Assembly: GCF_013076305.1 (NCBI RefSeq) | Contig: NW_027019317.1 | Coordinates: forward strand, 14,431,651-14,495,650 | Direction of reading: 5' to 3' | DNA from: Rhopilema esculentum | Taxonomy: Eukaryota | DNA length: 64,000 nucleotides | Shown here: piece after piece, positions 60,931-64,000 of the stretch | Layout of the letters: every line of letters begins with the position of its first letter | How positions within the stretch are numbered: the stretch's first letter is position 1 | Notes under the pieces: model-generated | What the model was told of the DNA's origin: nothing | Databases searched by the model: none | What the model saw: only the letters and a program-made list of their open reading frames with translations | Program-made: the position numbers and the translations under genes

Positions 60931-61839
60931 TATAGTGTAACTCTAGCCAAAATCTGCTCCACGGAAGAAACAGTTGAGGTAGTTCAGAGTCGGAAGAAAC
61001 ACGTCTTAAAATGAATAAAGGATCATGCAAAGGTAGTTGCTCCGTTGGTTTAATTTAAACCCAAAAACAAGGTCCCCCTTAGGTAAAATTGTGCCTTGTG
61101 TCCTTTTTCCCTGAATTTTCATAGTAGAAGCGCCAACGGCAACTTACAACGAGCTCCAGATCTTTTTTAAGTTCAAAAGGAATGCAAAGATGGAAAATGG
61201 ATCTAAATTGACAATCATTGAGTCCATACTGGAAAGTATAAAGTTGGTACGCCGCATATATACGCCAAAGTTAATCAATGTTGCGCCAACTTGCACCGGT
61301 ACTCCACTCCACCCACTCCATCAAATGTAAACTATATGCAAACAGGGCCACATTAACATGTTTAGGGCCCCAGGCCCAGGCATATATTAACAAGTGTACT
61401 GTACTGAGAAAAAATAAATTTCATGAATCATTGAAAAATTAATTAGAAGCCTAAAACCTTTGCCTCTTCATGAATTTTTTGCTTAATTTTTTAAGATAAG
61501 AATGCGTCCTCAAATCAAAACAAACGTCTCAATTCTGGTTGCCGCAGAAGGGTGAGAAATTTGTGAATATGAGTGATTCCAGTTCCCTGGAGAATGCACT
61601 CTTTGAAGCGATTTTACCTAAGCAAAATAGTTGAATGTTGGAACAACGTCTTGATATCGGAACTTGTCTTGGAGTTGTGAATAAAAAAAGGAGTTCAATA
61701 ACTGAATTTTCACCATGTGCCGTGGCCGAACATTACTAAGAATGGGCAGATAACTGCTTGGGGTCCCTATTTGTTCTAGATCTAGCATTCCTAAGGTACA
61801 GAGCCGCACTACCTACTCGAACCACGGGTCTGTAATCAG

Positions 61840-62095
61840 CGCCATCAGTTCGTGTACGCGGACCGTTTTGCATGCTAAATTCCACCATTCGTTTTAGTGC
61901 CCGATTGTTTAAGTGCTTGGGTACATTTTTGCATAACCAAAATTGCCCTTCGATTGTGTACGCGGACAGTTTTGCATACTAAATTCCACTATTAGTTTTG
62001 GTACCCTATTGTTTAAGTGCTTGGGTACGTTTTTGCATAACCAAAATTGCCATGCCTTTGTGTACCCGGACCGTAACGCATAAGGTTACCGAATA
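61840..62095 (+). repeat. Two tandem about 120-bp copies of the dispersed repeat also found at 11960-12110
   Basis: Seen directly in the sequence. Confidence 0.7.
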
Positions 62096-64000
62096 GGTAA
62101 TGTGAAAACCCCCGTCTCAGGGCCTCGAGTACTGACAAGGAAACTGGCAACTCCCTAATAAAACTTGATAATGCATGTTGGCAAATATTTTTGGAATCCT
62201 GAAAAGGTTCTTCCTGCAGTTTCACTCTCAAACTTCCCTTTATTTAGAAATAATATACTTTCGTTTGAACTCCAAAAGTTCTATAAAATGCGGACACGAC
62301 CAATAGGTTGAGCAAGGTAAACAACAGCTGTCATGAGGACAACGCTGGAAACATCCATGCTTTTCAAACTGTCCGAAACAGATCGCCAGCAGCTGCGACC
62401 TGCGAGCGAAAGCATTTGAGCTGCGAGTAAACAACAGTAGTATAGAATAGAACTTTACGGATACTATGAGCTAGGCTATCCGTAATCCAGTGCAAGAAAT
62501 CCAGCGTAGCATTTGCCGAGCATTTGCAAGTTTTTTAGCCTGGTCAAAGGATAACATTATAGAAAGTTTGTTCAAAGATCAGTACAATTGAAGCTAACGA
62601 GGTTGGAGTGACACTGTCTACCAGAAATGAGGCAGAATTGTTTAAAAGACATAACATTTTGTGATGTCAGACCCACAACAATTCAACTACTTTAGTAAAT
62701 CTTGGATCCAGCATTCGAGTTCAGTTTGGTTCATTTTGTAACGGCTTGCTTCAAAAATAATATTTTGAGTTAGAAGAATTTGACTTACCTTGTTGCACTT
62801 GGCAAACACTGGCAAACAGCACAAAGAAGACTTCAAGACTCATCGCGTAAATTGAAGTACCTGTTACTGAACCTTGGAACTTGCTGAAAGAACTGATGTG
62901 AGTCGCTGAGCCCTTTTGTAGTCCTTCCTTCTTTGTCTTGCTCTCCCTTTTGTCTTGTTCAAAACTGTGTCTTTTACCCCCTTTTGTCTCTTTTTCTGTG
63001 TTCCCGCGCTTGTCTTGTTCCTCCCAAGTTATGTTTTGTCAAGGGAATCACTGCATTTGCACGCCCTGTCTCCTCCGATGCGTCCCTGGCAACATCCAGC
63101 AGCGGTCGTTTTGAGTGCTAAACGGGTGTGATCCAGGGTTGCCAAGTGCTGGCAAGTCCTCAATCCCAAAGTTTCTGAATCCCAAATCAATCCCAAATCA
63201 ATCCCAAATCAATCCCAAAAGTAGATTCCTTCGCAGAGCTTATAGAAAGGAATAGACATTCCTCTGCAGCCTTGCCTTCTATATTTCCTGTGTAACGAAT
63301 TACGCATTATTCAGGGACGCCTGCACAAGATTAGGGCAGAAAGGGCAGTGTTGGTGCCGTGGGCAAATCGCGAAACTTTTCGTCTAACAGAATCGGGCAT
63401 TTCTAGGTGGGAGAGGGGTGAGGGTGGGGTAACGTAATAAAATATTAACTTAGAATATTCGGTGTTTTTACTAACAAAGATTCTAAACGAAATTATCCAT
63501 TATCGCTATCAAAACCAAAATCAAATTGTTATGGTATAGAAAGTACAACCTTTATGGGATCCAAGCTCTGGCAAGAGCTAACAAATGACATTAAAACATC
63601 TTCTAGCCTCGCAATATTTAAGAAAATGATTAAAACTTGGAAAGATACAAAATGCAACTGCAGACTATGCAAACCATACGTTGCGCAGATTGGATTCTTG
63701 AAATAGTCATCGAATAATTGTATATTTTTATCTAATGAGTCATCCTTTTAATTTTGTACATTTTCTATATCATTTATCCATTCATTGTGATTAATTCAAG
63801 ATTTGTAAATGTAGTATAAATAGTAGGCTTTAATTAGCTGTTATATTAGCTAAAAAAATTTGCTTCGCCTACTGTAAATTATTTTATAATAATAATAATG
63901 GAAACTTTTCATTTTCAATTCAATTAAAACTACAATTACAAATTTCACTATTACAGAGGTAATTTGCAATTAGCTAGCCTGGGTTTACAAAGAAAAAGAC

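Noticed and set aside
1-64000. Search for tRNA, rRNA or snRNA genes, CRISPR arrays and prokaryotic-style defence or operon structures
   Set aside because: No cloverleaf-compatible tRNA (no GTTCGA/TTCGAATC T-arm in the proper context), no rRNA-like conserved blocks and no regularly spaced direct repeats with unique spacers were seen. The sequence is clearly eukaryotic, with spliced genes and LINE, hAT and mariner elements, so prokaryotic system types do not apply.

Overview
This window reads as invertebrate metazoan nuclear DNA, about 38% GC, intron-rich and heavily laden with repeats. It is not prokaryotic, so no operons, CRISPR arrays or defence islands are expected, and none were seen.

Two protein-coding genes could be reconstructed exon by exon, both on the minus strand.

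- **Major vault protein (MVP) gene.** 15 coding exons spanning about 20537-42673, encoding roughly 848 aa. Its introns are swollen by two minisatellites of over 1 kb each, a degenerate LINE, a BEL/Pao fragment and a 186-bp hAT-type MITE. One intron is a GC-AG intron.
- **Alpha-carbonic anhydrase gene.** At least 6 exons spanning 52720-56661. The zinc-binding His triad and the SLTTPP motif are conserved, the C-terminus is hydrophobic, the 5' signal-peptide exon was not found, and a 30-bp x10 tandem repeat sits in one intron.

The rest is a transposable-element landscape:

- Five non-LTR (LINE) reverse-transcriptase fragments.
- A non-autonomous hAT element nested inside one LINE RT ORF, with a perfect 8-bp target-site duplication (TSD) and 14-bp terminal inverted repeats (TIRs).
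- Two further hAT-like elements with 8-bp TSDs.
- Two families of Tc1/mariner-type MITEs with TA TSDs; one family has two full 383-bp copies plus fragments.
- Foldback-like elements, clustered hairpin repeats, satellite and microsatellite arrays, and a short conserved block of about 45 bp present twice 56 kb apart.

Nothing resembling a novel prokaryotic-style system is present. The interesting biology here is the architecture of the vault-protein locus and the nested TE structures. All calls rest on reading the sequence and recalled family motifs; no searches were run.
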